Source of the DNA: Tepidisphaera sp.
GTDB taxonomy: Bacteria; Planctomycetota; Phycisphaerae; Phycisphaerales; UBA1924
Assembly (NCBI GenBank): GCA_050916045.1
Contig: CP051526.1
Location: forward strand, 2,016,001 to 2,080,000
Direction: 5' to 3'
DNA length: 64,000 bases
Below, piece after piece: positions 37,451 through 47,166 of the stretch; position 1 is the stretch's first letter; every line of letters starts with the position of its first letter. Both the position numbers and the translations under genes were made by a program. The notes under the pieces are model-generated. The model made no database searches and was not told where the DNA came from. It saw only the letters and a list, made by a program, of their open reading frames with translations.

Positions 37451-37954
37451 ATGAAGAACGTTAAACTGATCGCCGCGTCTTTGGTCGCTCTCGCTGTCGC
37501 CACGCCCGCCATGGCGGATCTGGGCGACGGGCTGTTTGCCGCGGGCGGCGACGTCACGGTTGAGATTCTTGAAAGCAGCGCGGGGTACACCAGCGAGCTT
37601 CACCTTGATTCGCCGGTGTCGATGTTCATCGGGACCAACCGCGATCTTGGGACGATCGTGAATCTCGGCTCGTTCACGGCGGGGACGGAGATGATCTTTC
37701 GGCTTTTCGTGCGGGACACGGAGCAGTCTTACTTCACCGGCGCGGCGGCCCGGAATCCCGACGGGATCATCCACGCGAACGTGACGTGGGAAAGCCCGAA
37801 CGTCGCGGTGGTCGGGTTTGAGGACATCTACGGCGGGGGTGACGCGGACTACAACGACTGCACGTTCCGGTTCACCGGCGTCGCGGTGCCCACGCCGGGC
37901 TCGGCGGCTCTCTTCGGCCTTGGCGGTCTTCTCGTGGCTCGCCGTCGCCGCTGA
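37451..37954 (+). CDS. PEP-CTERM-type exported protein with DUF4114-like domain
   Basis: Signal peptide, VGFEDIYGGGDADYND, VPTPGSAALFGLGGLLVARRRR. Confidence 0.88.
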   Translation: MKNVKLIAASLVALAVATPAMADLGDGLFAAGGDVTVEILESSAGYTSELHLDSPVSMFIGTNRDLGTIVNLGSFTAGTEMIFRLFVRDTEQSYFTGAAARNPDGIIHANVTWESPNVAVVGFEDIYGGGDADYNDCTFRFTGVAVPTPGSAALFGLGGLLVARRRR

Positions 37955-37976
37955 GACTTCAAGCGGGCGTGATCTC

Positions 37977-38010
37977 AAGGGGTCGGCCCAGGCCGACCCC
38001 TTTCGTTTTT
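37977..38010 (+). terminator. Intrinsic terminator
   Basis: aaggggtcggcc-ca-ggccgacccctt plus tcgttttt. Confidence 0.8.
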
Positions 38011-38025
38011 CCGGTCGAGCGTGGA

Positions 38026-38490
38026 TCAGCGGATGGAGAAACGCTCCATGGCGGCCAGCGTTTCGTCGCTGACGTGGTGCTCGATCCCTTCGGCGTCGGC
38101 TTGAGCGGCTTCGGGCGAGACGCCCAGGGAACGGAGAAAGGCAAGGACGACCTTGTGTCGGCGGAGGACGTGTTGGGCGAGCGCGGCGCCGGCGGGCGTG
38201 AGTTCGACGGGCTGGTAGGGTTTGCCGGCGACGAGGGCGGCACGCTTGAGGCGGGCGATCGTGCGAACGACGGTGACGTGGCTGACGCCGAGGCATCGGG
38301 CGACCTCGGTGACGCGGGCTTCTCCATGGGCAGCGATGAGTTCAGAGATGACGGCGACGTAGTCCTCGGCGTTGGCGGTGGCTTGGGCTTTACGCGCACG
38401 GAGGCGGGACCGCGTCCGCTCGGCGTGAGCCGCGGTTCGCTGGTGGTTGGTTTTCGGCGTGGCTCGCTGAGGATTCGGGCGGCCGGACAT
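38026..38490 (-). CDS. mntR: DtxR/MntR-family manganese-dependent regulator
   Basis: AEDYV, LGVSHVTV, RRH..V..FL, DAEGIEHHVSDETL. Confidence 0.88.
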   Translation of the reverse strand: MSGRPNPQRATPKTNHQRTAAHAERTRSRLRARKAQATANAEDYVAVISELIAAHGEARVTEVARCLGVSHVTVVRTIARLKRAALVAGKPYQPVELTPAGAALAQHVLRRHKVVLAFLRSLGVSPEAAQADAEGIEHHVSDETLAAMERFSIR

Positions 38491-38591
38491 CGGAGGGGAT
38501 TATCCCGAACGGCGTGGGCGCTGCGAGGCCTTGACGCGGTCCGCACGAAGAATTCGTGATGAGGAGGGGTGTGTGTCCCCTACCATCGGGG

Positions 38592-39179
38592 ATGCTTACT
38601 CCAGCGATGTATCGCGATCACTTCGCGCGGGCCAAGGGTTACTCGGAATATGTAGCGACAGGCACAGCGGATCAGCAAGCTCGCTGGCGGGACTTCCATC
38701 GGCAGGTGCGCATCACGGAGGCGCAGCGGTCGCTGGTGGGATCGTTCACGCGTCGGGTGAACGTGCTTGTGATTTCTGGTGTGTGGTGCGGGGACTGCGT
38801 GCAGCAGTGTCCGATGCTGGATCACTTGGCGACGATCAAGGCAGCGCGCGGAGACGGGCCGGGGGTGGATTTGCGGTTCGTGGATCGGGACGTGCACAAG
38901 GACCTGTCGGACGCGGTGATGATCTGCGGGGGGAACCGGGTGCCGACGGTGATCTTTCTGAACGAGGACATGGAGTTCATCGGGCTTTCGACGGACAAGA
39001 GCATCAGCCGGCTTCGGGCGCTTGCGGCGCGGCAGCTTGGCCCATCGTGCCCGGTGCCGGGGGCGCCGGTGCCGGCGGATGAGATCGCGGCGACGCTGCA
39101 GGACTGGTGCACGGACCTGGAGAAGGCGCACCTGCTGGCGAGGCTGAGCGCGAAGCTGCGGCAGAAGCACGGGGACTGA
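38592..39179 (+). CDS. Thioredoxin family protein
   Basis: WCGDC, RD.HKDL, GNRVPTVIF; TACCAT 5 nt before ATG. Confidence 0.88.
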   Translation: MLTPAMYRDHFARAKGYSEYVATGTADQQARWRDFHRQVRITEAQRSLVGSFTRRVNVLVISGVWCGDCVQQCPMLDHLATIKAARGDGPGVDLRFVDRDVHKDLSDAVMICGGNRVPTVIFLNEDMEFIGLSTDKSISRLRALAARQLGPSCPVPGAPVPADEIAATLQDWCTDLEKAHLLARLSAKLRQKHGD

Positions 39180-39311
39180 GTGGGCCTGCCAAGCGGGCAA
39201 ACCCGGGGTTTGTACCGGGTGTTTCCGGACCTCTTGGGGTCCTCCAGGGACGGACTGAGCGGTTTCTCGGGCACTGGGAGCGGATTCCGCGCAAGAAATG
39301 ACGAAATCCGC

Positions 39312-39340
39312 TTGACACGATCCACATATTCGTGCAACAT
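39312..39340 (+). promoter_or_regulatory. Candidate sigma70 promoter
   Basis: TTGACA-N17-CAACAT about 190 nt upstream of the PEP-CTERM gene. Confidence 0.4.
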
Positions 39341-39527
39341 GGGGGTGCAGGAAGAGGCGAGAGTGACAAGACATCGGCCGCTGCGTCCGATTGCCCGGGA
39401 GTTTTCCGACCCTGGGAGCGACGAGCGGGAGCGTGCAGGCCGAGTTCACCATTGCCTTCTTTGCTGCGTGGAGTCTTCGGGAATGTCCCGGGGGCGCATG
39501 GTCGCGTATGCATTGAGGAGACAGGCA

Positions 39528-40331
39528 ATGAAGACGGCAGTTCTTTTTGCGGCGGTGGCTTTCGCTGGCACGGCGATGGCTGATGTGGAGATCAACGGCG
39601 GCGATCTGCTTCGCGGCCACCAGTACACGATCGGCGAAGCTTCGCCCTTCGGCGCTCGCGCGACTCCCGGCGCTTCGTACTCGAACATCGACACGTACAC
39701 GGGTTCGGCGTTCGCCAACGGCGGTTCGCAGAACCAGAGCGGCAACACGATCACCCGTCTGGTGATGGACGATCTGACCTTCGCGCTGCCGTACCTCGCC
39801 GGCCAGAGTTTCACGTCGTTCACGTTCTCCGTGGCGAACCTGAACACGGTGGCGGTGAGCGCTCGTCCGCGCGTCCGCTTCTGGGTGGGCGATGCGGCCG
39901 GTGGCAGCCCGGGCACCTACTACAACGCGATCGGGTACACGTTTAACCCGATTTCGTTCGGCGCGAACTCGGTGGGCCTGTTCACGGGCACCATCGGGCC
40001 GGGCTTCTTCCAGCCGGCCGCTGGCCAGGTGCTCTGGGCCGGCATCACGTTCGACAACAACGTCGGCGCGACCGGCGCGACCGCGGCGCAGCTTGACAAC
40101 CTCGGCCAGGGCATCTTCAACCCGCCCGCGGTCGGTTCGAGCTCGGACACCTTCTTCGCGACGACGGGCGCGGGCTCGTTCTTCAACACGAACAATCCGG
40201 CCGGCAGCCAGTCGAACTTCGGCGGCAACCCTGCCGCGAACTTCGGCTGGGAGTTCAACGTTCCCACCCCCGGCAGCATCGCGCTGCTCGGCATGGGCGG
40301 ACTCCTGGCCGCTCGCCGTCGCCGGGCCTAA
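39528..40331 (+). CDS. PEP-CTERM-type exported protein
   Basis: GAGGAG SD, signal peptide, Gly/Asn/Thr-rich, VPTPGSIALLGMGGLLAARRRRA. Confidence 0.88.
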   Translation: MKTAVLFAAVAFAGTAMADVEINGGDLLRGHQYTIGEASPFGARATPGASYSNIDTYTGSAFANGGSQNQSGNTITRLVMDDLTFALPYLAGQSFTSFTFSVANLNTVAVSARPRVRFWVGDAAGGSPGTYYNAIGYTFNPISFGANSVGLFTGTIGPGFFQPAAGQVLWAGITFDNNVGATGATAAQLDNLGQGIFNPPAVGSSSDTFFATTGAGSFFNTNNPAGSQSNFGGNPAANFGWEFNVPTPGSIALLGMGGLLAARRRRA

Positions 40332-40427
40332 GTGCTCGCGACACTCCCGGATCCGCTTCCTGACCCGAAGGGATCCATGATGGGAGATAATCCCCGCACT
40401 GACCCTGCGAGGACGACCTGAAACCAG

Positions 40428-40465
40428 CAAGGCCCCGCACGCGAGTGCGGGGCCTTGTCTTTTTT
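40428..40465 (+). terminator. Intrinsic terminator
   Basis: caaggccccgcac-gcga-gtgcggggccttg plus tctttttt. Confidence 0.85.
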
Positions 40466-40491
40466 CGAAGCTGTGCCTGGGGACGAGCGGT

Positions 40492-41115
40492 TTACACCGG
40501 CTCGGGGAGGCGGATGGCGGCGAGGTATTTGCGGGCTCGCGAGGAGTGGTCCTTGGGGGAGATCTGCGAGCCGTCGGCGCGGAACTTGACCATGCGGCCG
40601 ACCTTTGCGAGCTTGGCGAGGGCCTGGTTGATGCTGGAGCGGAGGCTGGTCGCGGCGGCGTCGGACTCGTAGCCGACGTCGGAGAGGGCTTCGGCGATCT
40701 CCTCGGTGGTCATGGGCTCGGTGTAGCGGTCGAGGGTCCAGATGGAGACGATGGCTTCGGCGAGATTCTTGGGCTCCTTACCGGTCGGAGCGGGGGCGGA
40801 CCTGGCGAAGCTCGCGGAGCGAGCGAGGGGGTTGCGGCCGGAAGATCCCGCGGACTTTCCGAGGAGGCCGTCGAAGGCGGACATGCGTCGGCGGTGCTGC
40901 TCGAGGAGCTTTTCACCGTAGGTGCGGATGGCTCGCAGGCGGGATTCGGCGTCGCGGGCGACGGCTTCGTAAGCCTGCTTGGCTTCCTGTTCGCGTTGAC
41001 GCTCGATGTCCATCCAAGCGGAGATCTGGTCGAGCTGCTCGGCGACCTCGACCATGGAGAGTTCGGAGACGGGGCGAGAGGCATCGAATGGCAAAGGGCT
41101 GCTTTCAACGGTCAT
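40492..41115 (-). CDS. Hypothetical protein: coiled coil, linker, winged-helix-like C-terminus
   Basis: AAGGA SD; charged helical N-half; PMTTEEIAEAL...SINQALAKL...GRMVK. Confidence 0.75.
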   Translation of the reverse strand: MTVESSPLPFDASRPVSELSMVEVAEQLDQISAWMDIERQREQEAKQAYEAVARDAESRLRAIRTYGEKLLEQHRRRMSAFDGLLGKSAGSSGRNPLARSASFARSAPAPTGKEPKNLAEAIVSIWTLDRYTEPMTTEEIAEALSDVGYESDAAATSLRSSINQALAKLAKVGRMVKFRADGSQISPKDHSSRARKYLAAIRLPEPV

Positions 41116-41394
41116 GTTTGACAATTCCTTGGGAGAGAGAGCCGACCCGAGTCGATACGCAGACCATCGTGGAATCGGCACTCGTCGACTCGGCTGGGAG
41201 AAGCCTTGTGTCGAAGGTGGTTCGGGACAGCGTAGCGTGGCCCGCGGGGAACTTCCACGAAGTGGAGGCCGCGAGGGCGGGATCATTCGCGGTTTGTTTG
41301 GGGCAGAAAGACGGCGGATTGGGATCCGCGCGGCGACCGGGACCGTATAGTGGGCATCGCGCGTGGCGGTCGGTCACGCTTTGGGAGGTCACGG

Positions 41395-42243
41395 ATGAAG
41401 AACTCGCACGGACATCGGCCGATCGGCGCCGGATTTACGCTTATTGAACTTCTGGTGGTGATCGCGATCATCGGTGCGCTCATCGCGTTGACGCTTCTGA
41501 TCGGCGGCGCGGTGGTTTCGGGGGCGAAGTCACGCCAGAGCGCGGACACGATCAAGGTTTTGGACAACGTGCTGACGGAGCACCGTGCGACGACGGAAGC
41601 TCCGGTGCCGTGGTACGTGAAGGCTCCGGCGGCGAACAACGGCGCGGGCTGGATCGTTCCGCTGGTGGACGGCGTGTGGCAGCCGGACACATTTTCGAAC
41701 GGGGTGCAGACGAAGTCTCAGATTCCGGCGCTGGCGTGGTTCTTGAAGGATGTGACGGAGTACACGCCGGTCGCTTCGGCGGAGGCTTTGGTGAATTCGA
41801 TTGATGCCAAGCTTCGGCTGATCAACGTGGAGCAGTCGGGGAACAACACGGTCGCGATCGACCGGATGCCGGGCAAGCGGATCGACGTGGTGGATGCGTG
41901 GGGCAATCCCATCCGCATGGTGCACCCGAAGTTCGCGGGCGTGATTCCGCCGAACAACGCGGTGGGGAACGACGGCGGCGGGATGCAGACGATCGCGAAC
42001 TACGTGATTCCTCCGTCGGGCGGGGGCGTGTTCCTCGAGCCGCAGTTCCGGCGGAACTACATCCCGGATGCGGAACGGGCGCGGCGGAAGGATGCCGGCG
42101 AGGCGTACATGCGCGGCGACAGCGACGGCGGGTCGTGCAACGGCGACACCCCCTACTTCTACTCGGCGGGCCCGGACGGAGACCCTTCGACGCGTGAAGA
42201 CAACGTGTACTCGGTCCGGCCGAAGTTCGCGGACCGGAACTGA
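41395..42243 (+). CDS. Prepilin-type N-terminal cleavage/methylation protein
   Basis: GGAGG SD; GFTLIELLVVIAIIG, DAWGNPI, YSAGPDG. Confidence 0.9.
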   Translation: MKNSHGHRPIGAGFTLIELLVVIAIIGALIALTLLIGGAVVSGAKSRQSADTIKVLDNVLTEHRATTEAPVPWYVKAPAANNGAGWIVPLVDGVWQPDTFSNGVQTKSQIPALAWFLKDVTEYTPVASAEALVNSIDAKLRLINVEQSGNNTVAIDRMPGKRIDVVDAWGNPIRMVHPKFAGVIPPNNAVGNDGGGMQTIANYVIPPSGGGVFLEPQFRRNYIPDAERARRKDAGEAYMRGDSDGGSCNGDTPYFYSAGPDGDPSTREDNVYSVRPKFADRN

Positions 42244-42273
42244 GCGGGGGCGGGCGATTCAGACGAGATGATC

Positions 42274-42313
42274 GAACGAACGGTCCTGGCTCACGCCGGG
42301 ACCGTTTTCGTTC
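42274..42313 (+). terminator. Probable intrinsic terminator
   Basis: aacggtcctggc-tcac-gccgggaccgtt plus ttcgtt. Confidence 0.6.
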
Positions 42314-42418
42314 CTGCACGGGCTCGCTTTGAGGGTCGCGGCTGGAGTCGGAGTTCTTCGCGGCCGCTGATAGTGTGAAATGGTTGAAATTCACACTATT
42401 CAGTGGTACCCTTCCCTT

Positions 42419-43084
42419 GTGCCATCCCGCCCCGCCATCCATGTCATCTCCCGGCCGGCCGACTGGTCGGTGATGACCGCTCCGGTTCGCTTTGAGCTTC
42501 TGGAAGCGATGCGGAGCATCGCACCGTGCTCGGTTCGGGAGCTTGCGGCGGCGACGGACCGGCCCGCGGACTCGATCTACCCGCACTTCCGGCAATTGCT
42601 GAAGATCGGCGTGGTGGTTGATGCGGGAGAGAGACGGGGCAAGACGCGTCCGGAGCGTGTGTACGACCTGGTGGCCGACGACTTTCGGCCGATCTTCCGC
42701 GGGGCGAGGCCGGCCGCGACGGCGCGTGCGGTCGATCGGTCGATCCAGACGATGGCGGGGATCGTTGCGAACGCTTCCAAGAGGACGGCGGCGGCTGGTC
42801 GGTACGTCTATACCGAGACGGACCAGAACGTCGTGGGCAAGGTCGAGAACTCGTGGCTTACGCACGATGAGTTCCTTGAGCTTCGCGAGAAGTTTCGGGA
42901 GATCAAGAGGTATCTCGATGCCCGCAAGGCTCGCCGCGGCGACGGTTCACTGCATGTTGCCGCCTTTTTCGTCATTCCCGTAACCCGTCGCCGGGGGGCC
43001 CGAGTGGCCGCGCCCGCCCGTCGGACCGATCGTGCCCGTCCCGTTCCAGGAAAGCCTTCATCCAGTCGCGAGAAAGCTCCATGA
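42419..43084 (+). CDS. ArsR-like winged-helix transcriptional regulator
   Basis: APVRFELLEAM...SVRELAAA...SIYPHFRQLLKIGVV; start GTG inferred from TACCCT 6 nt upstream (ORF extends to 42380). Confidence 0.82.
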   Translation: MPSRPAIHVISRPADWSVMTAPVRFELLEAMRSIAPCSVRELAAATDRPADSIYPHFRQLLKIGVVVDAGERRGKTRPERVYDLVADDFRPIFRGARPAATARAVDRSIQTMAGIVANASKRTAAAGRYVYTETDQNVVGKVENSWLTHDEFLELREKFREIKRYLDARKARRGDGSLHVAAFFVIPVTRRRGARVAAPARRTDRARPVPGKPSSSREKAP

Positions 43085-45531
43085 GAAACACGCTTGTCGC
43101 ATCGCTCGTCGTTCTGGCCTGTCTTCCGGCGATGGCGCAGCCTGCGCCCGCCGCGGCAGGCACGCCGGAGACTACGTTGTCCGGTCCGCTTTCGCGCCGT
43201 GCCGGCCCGCTCGGCATTCGGTTTGATCAGGCGGCGCCCGAGCTTCGCGTGGTCGAGGCGGTCGCGGGGAGCGTCGCCGCGACGGGGGGCGTTCGCCCGG
43301 GGGACATCGTGCTCAGCGTCGGCGGCTCGCGGGTGTCGACGCGTGAAGAACTGGCTTCGGCGATGCGGACCCGCCGCGGCGGCGAGGTGGTCGGGGTGAC
43401 CGTTCGTCGTGACGACGCCGAGGTTGAGCTCAGCCTGAGCCTGACCCAAGCCAGCGAGCGAATCGAGGGCAGCACGGTCGAGTACGGAAGCGTCGCGGTT
43501 CCCGCGGGTTACCGCCTCCGCACGATCGTCACGCGTCCGGAGAAATCGCCTCTCGCGCGGGATGGTCGTCACCCGGCGTTTCTGTATGTGCAGGGCATCA
43601 TCTGCCAGTCGATCGATCGGCCGAACATCCCCGAAGCGGCGGACACGCGGATCGTGCACGAGTTCGCAAAGGCGGGGTTTGTGACGTTGCGCGTCGACAA
43701 GCCGGGCTTGGGCGACAGCGAGGGGCCGCCCTGCAGCGAGATCGACTTCCAGACGGAGCTTCAGGGCTTCTCGGCGGCGCTGCGGCAGTTGGCGGCGATG
43801 CCCGAGGTTGATCCCGAGCGGATCTACGTGTTCGGGCACTCGATGGGCGGCGTGATCGCGCCGTACCTCTCGGCCGAGGTGCCGGTGCGCGGCACGGTGG
43901 TGTACGGCACGCTGGTTCGGACGTGGTTCGAGTACCAGCTTGAGAACGTGCGTCGCCAGGCCGCGCTGTCGCCGGGCGTGAGCGAGGCCGACGTGACCGA
44001 CGCGGTGCTTGCGGAGACTCGGCAGAGTTCGACGGTGCTGGTCGACAAGAAGACGCTCGGCGATGCGTGGAACCGCTGGCCGGAGCTGCGTCAGCCGGCG
44101 CAGGGGACCATGCTCGACGAGAACCACATCGCGACGCGAGGGATGGCGTTCTTTCACCAGCTCCAGGATCTGAACTTGGCGCGGGCGTGGCAGAACTCGA
44201 CGGGTGCCGTCCTCGCAATCTACGGCGAGTACGACTGGGTCACGTCGCTTCACGACCACGAGAAGATCGCGAGCATCGTGAATGCGAGGACGCCCGGCGC
44301 GGGGACGTCGATCGTGATGCCCAAAGCTGACCACGGGTTCACCACGCACGAGACTCTGGAGGCCAGCGTGCCGCGCATGGGGCAGGGGACGTGGGACGCG
44401 GACCTGCCCGTTCGCGTGCTCGAGTGGGTAGCCCGCGTCGAAGGGCGTGCCGAAGCCGCACCGGCTCCGGGGGCCGCAGAGCCCAAGCCGGCGGCGGCAC
44501 GCGCGAGCACCCCGGCTTGGACCCGGCTGAACACCGAGTCCTACCCGGGCAAGCAGGACGACATCACGTTCGTGAACGATCGCTTGGGGTGGTACGGAAA
44601 TGGCTCGGGCAAGGTGTTCAAGACGGCTGACGGCGGCGACACCTGGGCCAAGGTCTGGGAGAAGCCGGGCACTTTCGTTCGGTGCCTCACTTTCCTTGAC
44701 GAGAACGTCGGCGTGCTTGGAAACATCGGGCCGGGATACTTCCCCGGCGTCACCGACCCGGCGCCGATCTACCGCACCGAAGACGGCGGCACGACCTGGA
44801 CCGCGGTCTCGAACATCGAGGGCCCGCCGGTCGTCGGGCTGTGCGCTGTGGAGGTTGTGTCGGTTCCGTTCGTGAACGCGGGGAACCTCGACCGCCGCTC
44901 CCGGATCGTCGGCGTGGGGCGCGTGGGCGGGCCTGCCGCGTACATCTGGTCCGACGACCTGGGCAAGACCTGGAAGCAGGGCAAGCTGCCGGAGATCGCC
45001 GCGATGGCGTTCGACGTGCACTTTCTGGACGAGCGTCGCGGCTTCATCGCTTCGGCCACGAGCGCGGATGTTGCGGTCGCCAACGCGCTCATTCTCTCGA
45101 CGGATGACGCGGGCGCGACGTGGAAGGAGGTGTACCGCTCCTCGCGGCCGTACGAGCTGACGTGGAAGTTGTCGTTCCCCACGAGCACGGTCGGCTACTG
45201 CACAATTCAGTCATACAACCCCGACACCTCGGCTTCTCGGCGGTATGTGGCGAAGACGACCGACGGTGGCCAGAGTTGGGCCGAGATCCCTTTGGTCGAC
45301 GATCACCGGGTTCGGCAGTTCGGCGTCGCGTTTCTGGACGAGAAGGTCGGGTGGGTGGGAGCGATGCCGTATGGGTTTGCGACGACCGATGGCGGCGCGA
45401 CGTGGACGCGGGCCGAGTTCGGCAACGCCGTCAACAAGATCCGGGTTGTCCGCTCTGAGTCGGGCGTGACCGTCTTTGCGATCGGGACGCAGGTTCACCG
45501 GCTTGGTTTGCCGGGTGTTCCGGGTCGCTGA
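43081..45531 (+). CDS. Exported PDZ + alpha/beta-hydrolase + BNR/YCF48-like beta-propeller fusion protein
   Basis: Signal peptide, GVRPGDIVLSVGG (PDZ), GHSMGG / GEYD / ADHGF triad, repeated T.DGG.TW Asp-boxes. Confidence 0.88.
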   Translation: MRNTLVASLVVLACLPAMAQPAPAAAGTPETTLSGPLSRRAGPLGIRFDQAAPELRVVEAVAGSVAATGGVRPGDIVLSVGGSRVSTREELASAMRTRRGGEVVGVTVRRDDAEVELSLSLTQASERIEGSTVEYGSVAVPAGYRLRTIVTRPEKSPLARDGRHPAFLYVQGIICQSIDRPNIPEAADTRIVHEFAKAGFVTLRVDKPGLGDSEGPPCSEIDFQTELQGFSAALRQLAAMPEVDPERIYVFGHSMGGVIAPYLSAEVPVRGTVVYGTLVRTWFEYQLENVRRQAALSPGVSEADVTDAVLAETRQSSTVLVDKKTLGDAWNRWPELRQPAQGTMLDENHIATRGMAFFHQLQDLNLARAWQNSTGAVLAIYGEYDWVTSLHDHEKIASIVNARTPGAGTSIVMPKADHGFTTHETLEASVPRMGQGTWDADLPVRVLEWVARVEGRAEAAPAPGAAEPKPAAARASTPAWTRLNTESYPGKQDDITFVNDRLGWYGNGSGKVFKTADGGDTWAKVWEKPGTFVRCLTFLDENVGVLGNIGPGYFPGVTDPAPIYRTEDGGTTWTAVSNIEGPPVVGLCAVEVVSVPFVNAGNLDRRSRIVGVGRVGGPAAYIWSDDLGKTWKQGKLPEIAAMAFDVHFLDERRGFIASATSADVAVANALILSTDDAGATWKEVYRSSRPYELTWKLSFPTSTVGYCTIQSYNPDTSASRRYVAKTTDGGQSWAEIPLVDDHRVRQFGVAFLDEKVGWVGAMPYGFATTDGGATWTRAEFGNAVNKIRVVRSESGVTVFAIGTQVHRLGLPGVPGR

Positions 45532-45644
45532 ACCCGAAGGATGGGGGTTGGCGGCATTGGAATCAAGGGGATCGGCGCGCCGGGAGGGTTGGCGGGCAAA
45601 GGGTTGGCCGGGAAGGGTGATGGTGCCTATAGTCGGACTGACCT

Positions 45645-45718
45645 CGGGGTGTAGCGCAGCTTGGTAGCGCGTCTCGTTCGGGACGAGAAGGTCGCAGGTT
45701 CAAATCCTGTCACCCCGA
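45645..45718 (+). tRNA. tRNA-Pro (anticodon CGG)
   Basis: Cloverleaf CGGGGTG/CACCCCG, anticodon arm tctcg-ttCGGga-cgaga, GGTTCAAATCC; CCA not encoded. Confidence 0.97.
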
Positions 45719-45846
45719 TTGATGTGAGCGAATGAGCGACCTGTGGTCGCTCTTTTCGTTGGCAGCCGCGGGTATCTCACGTGAGCGTCCACTGACGCTT
45801 TTTCTGCGTCGTTCGTCGCCGCGAATCAGGCCACCGCTGTCGCGGC

Positions 45847-46368
45847 TTACACGCGATCTGGCCGAAGCACCAGGTACGCCCACAGGAAGACGGGCGCGAA
45901 CAGAATCGATGCGGCCGGCCAGAGCACCACCGACGGCACGGGTGTCCACAGCTCGATCGACGCCATGGCGCACCAGTACACAAGGCAGACGGGGATCACG
46001 ACCCATCGCGGCGTCGCATCGGCCACGCGCTGGGTGACTTCTCGCACCGGGCCGCTTCGCTCCTTGATCTGGAGTGCCAATTTCCGAGCCCACACGAACT
46101 CGCTCGCCAGAATGGCGAGCCCCAGCGGTCCGAGAAAGCTGAGCCCTGGCCCGGGCAGGGGCGAGATCAGGATCCCGAGCAGGATGACGGATGTGCCCGC
46201 GATCAGCACCCAGAGACGGCGAGCGTTGCGACGCAGCAGCGCGACGACGTCCGCTCCCTTGCGGCGCTGCATCTCGAATCGCGTGTCGAAGATTCCATAG
46301 ATGAGGAGGCAAGCGGCTGCCGCGAGCAGGGTGAGTTCCAGCCAGAAATCGATGAGCGCGAGCGGCAT
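45847..46368 (-). CDS. PGPGW-domain-like membrane protein
   Basis: PLPGPG..GLAILASEFVWARK motif with TM helices. Confidence 0.8.
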   Translation of the reverse strand: MPLALIDFWLELTLLAAAACLLIYGIFDTRFEMQRRKGADVVALLRRNARRLWVLIAGTSVILLGILISPLPGPGLSFLGPLGLAILASEFVWARKLALQIKERSGPVREVTQRVADATPRWVVIPVCLVYWCAMASIELWTPVPSVVLWPAASILFAPVFLWAYLVLRPDRV

Positions 46369-46506
46369 GGTCGAGGCGAAGGGTACCCCGACATTCGGAC
46401 GGTGCGTCGAGACTCCGGTTTTCGTGAATTCCGGGCGGCGGTTGCGGTCAGCGGCCGGAGGACGAGACGGCTCTCGCCGCGAGATGAGACCCGCGGCACG
46501 CGACCA

Positions 46507-46824
46507 TCAGCGCGACCCGTTGGCTTTGGTGCGTTCGAGCAACCGTGCGAGCGATTTCTTGAGGGTCGCGGCGGCGGCGTCGATGGCCGCGTAGTAGTCC
46601 GCGGCTTGCTCTTCCACACGCAGCGTGCCCAGCCCGGGCGGAGTCAGCACGATCGAGCACGTCTTGTCGATCCCGCCCTTGGGCCCGTTGGCGTCCGCGA
46701 GGCGGACTTCGATGGTGCCAGTGGCGTCCTTCAGCCTTCCGGCGGCCGCCCCGACCTTGGTCCGAACATAGTCGTGCTGGGCCTGGCTGGTCTTGATGCT
46801 TCCGTCGAAGAGCCTGATCTCCAT
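46507..46824 (-). CDS. HPF/RaiA-family ribosome-associated protein
   Basis: VRLADANGPKGGIDKTC, DYYAAIDAAA. Confidence 0.85.
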   Translation of the reverse strand: MEIRLFDGSIKTSQAQHDYVRTKVGAAAGRLKDATGTIEVRLADANGPKGGIDKTCSIVLTPPGLGTLRVEEQAADYYAAIDAAAATLKKSLARLLERTKANGSR

Positions 46825-46956
46825 GAGAAGTCTCTCTTTGGCGTTTGCGATGCCCTAGGTACGTCCGGTGGCCCCCTTTGTTCTCTCAAGGCGGGCAATC
46901 CGACCGGAGGTGCGTGCCCGGCGGAGGCGAGGCTGCTACTATCGGCCCGTACTTCC

Positions 46957-47097
46957 TGTTGGGGAGTAGCCGCCCGCCGATGCGGGAGAGATGGGTCGTC
47001 AGCACGGGAGGAACGGTCTGCGTTCCGCCCCGGCCCTTCTCTGGCGTTGGTCCTCGTGGCTTCTGAGCGAGGACCGGTGCTTTGGGCGAGACCAACA
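46957..47097 (+). ncRNA. yybP-ykoY (Mn2+) riboswitch
   Basis: tgttGGGGAGTAGC...CGTCAGCAC...GGCGAGACCaaca with complementary ends; TACTAT upstream; directly before a TerC gene. Confidence 0.88.
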
Positions 47098-47166
47098 TTC
47101 TGCCGCGATGTCGCGCCGTGCGCCTGCCTTCCTTGAGCAGGTTCCGGCTCAGGATGTGATTTCCCC

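Noticed and set aside
40399..40425. Hammerhead ribozyme (CTGA...GAAAC)
   Set aside because: Lacks the CUGANGA core and a convincing stem II.
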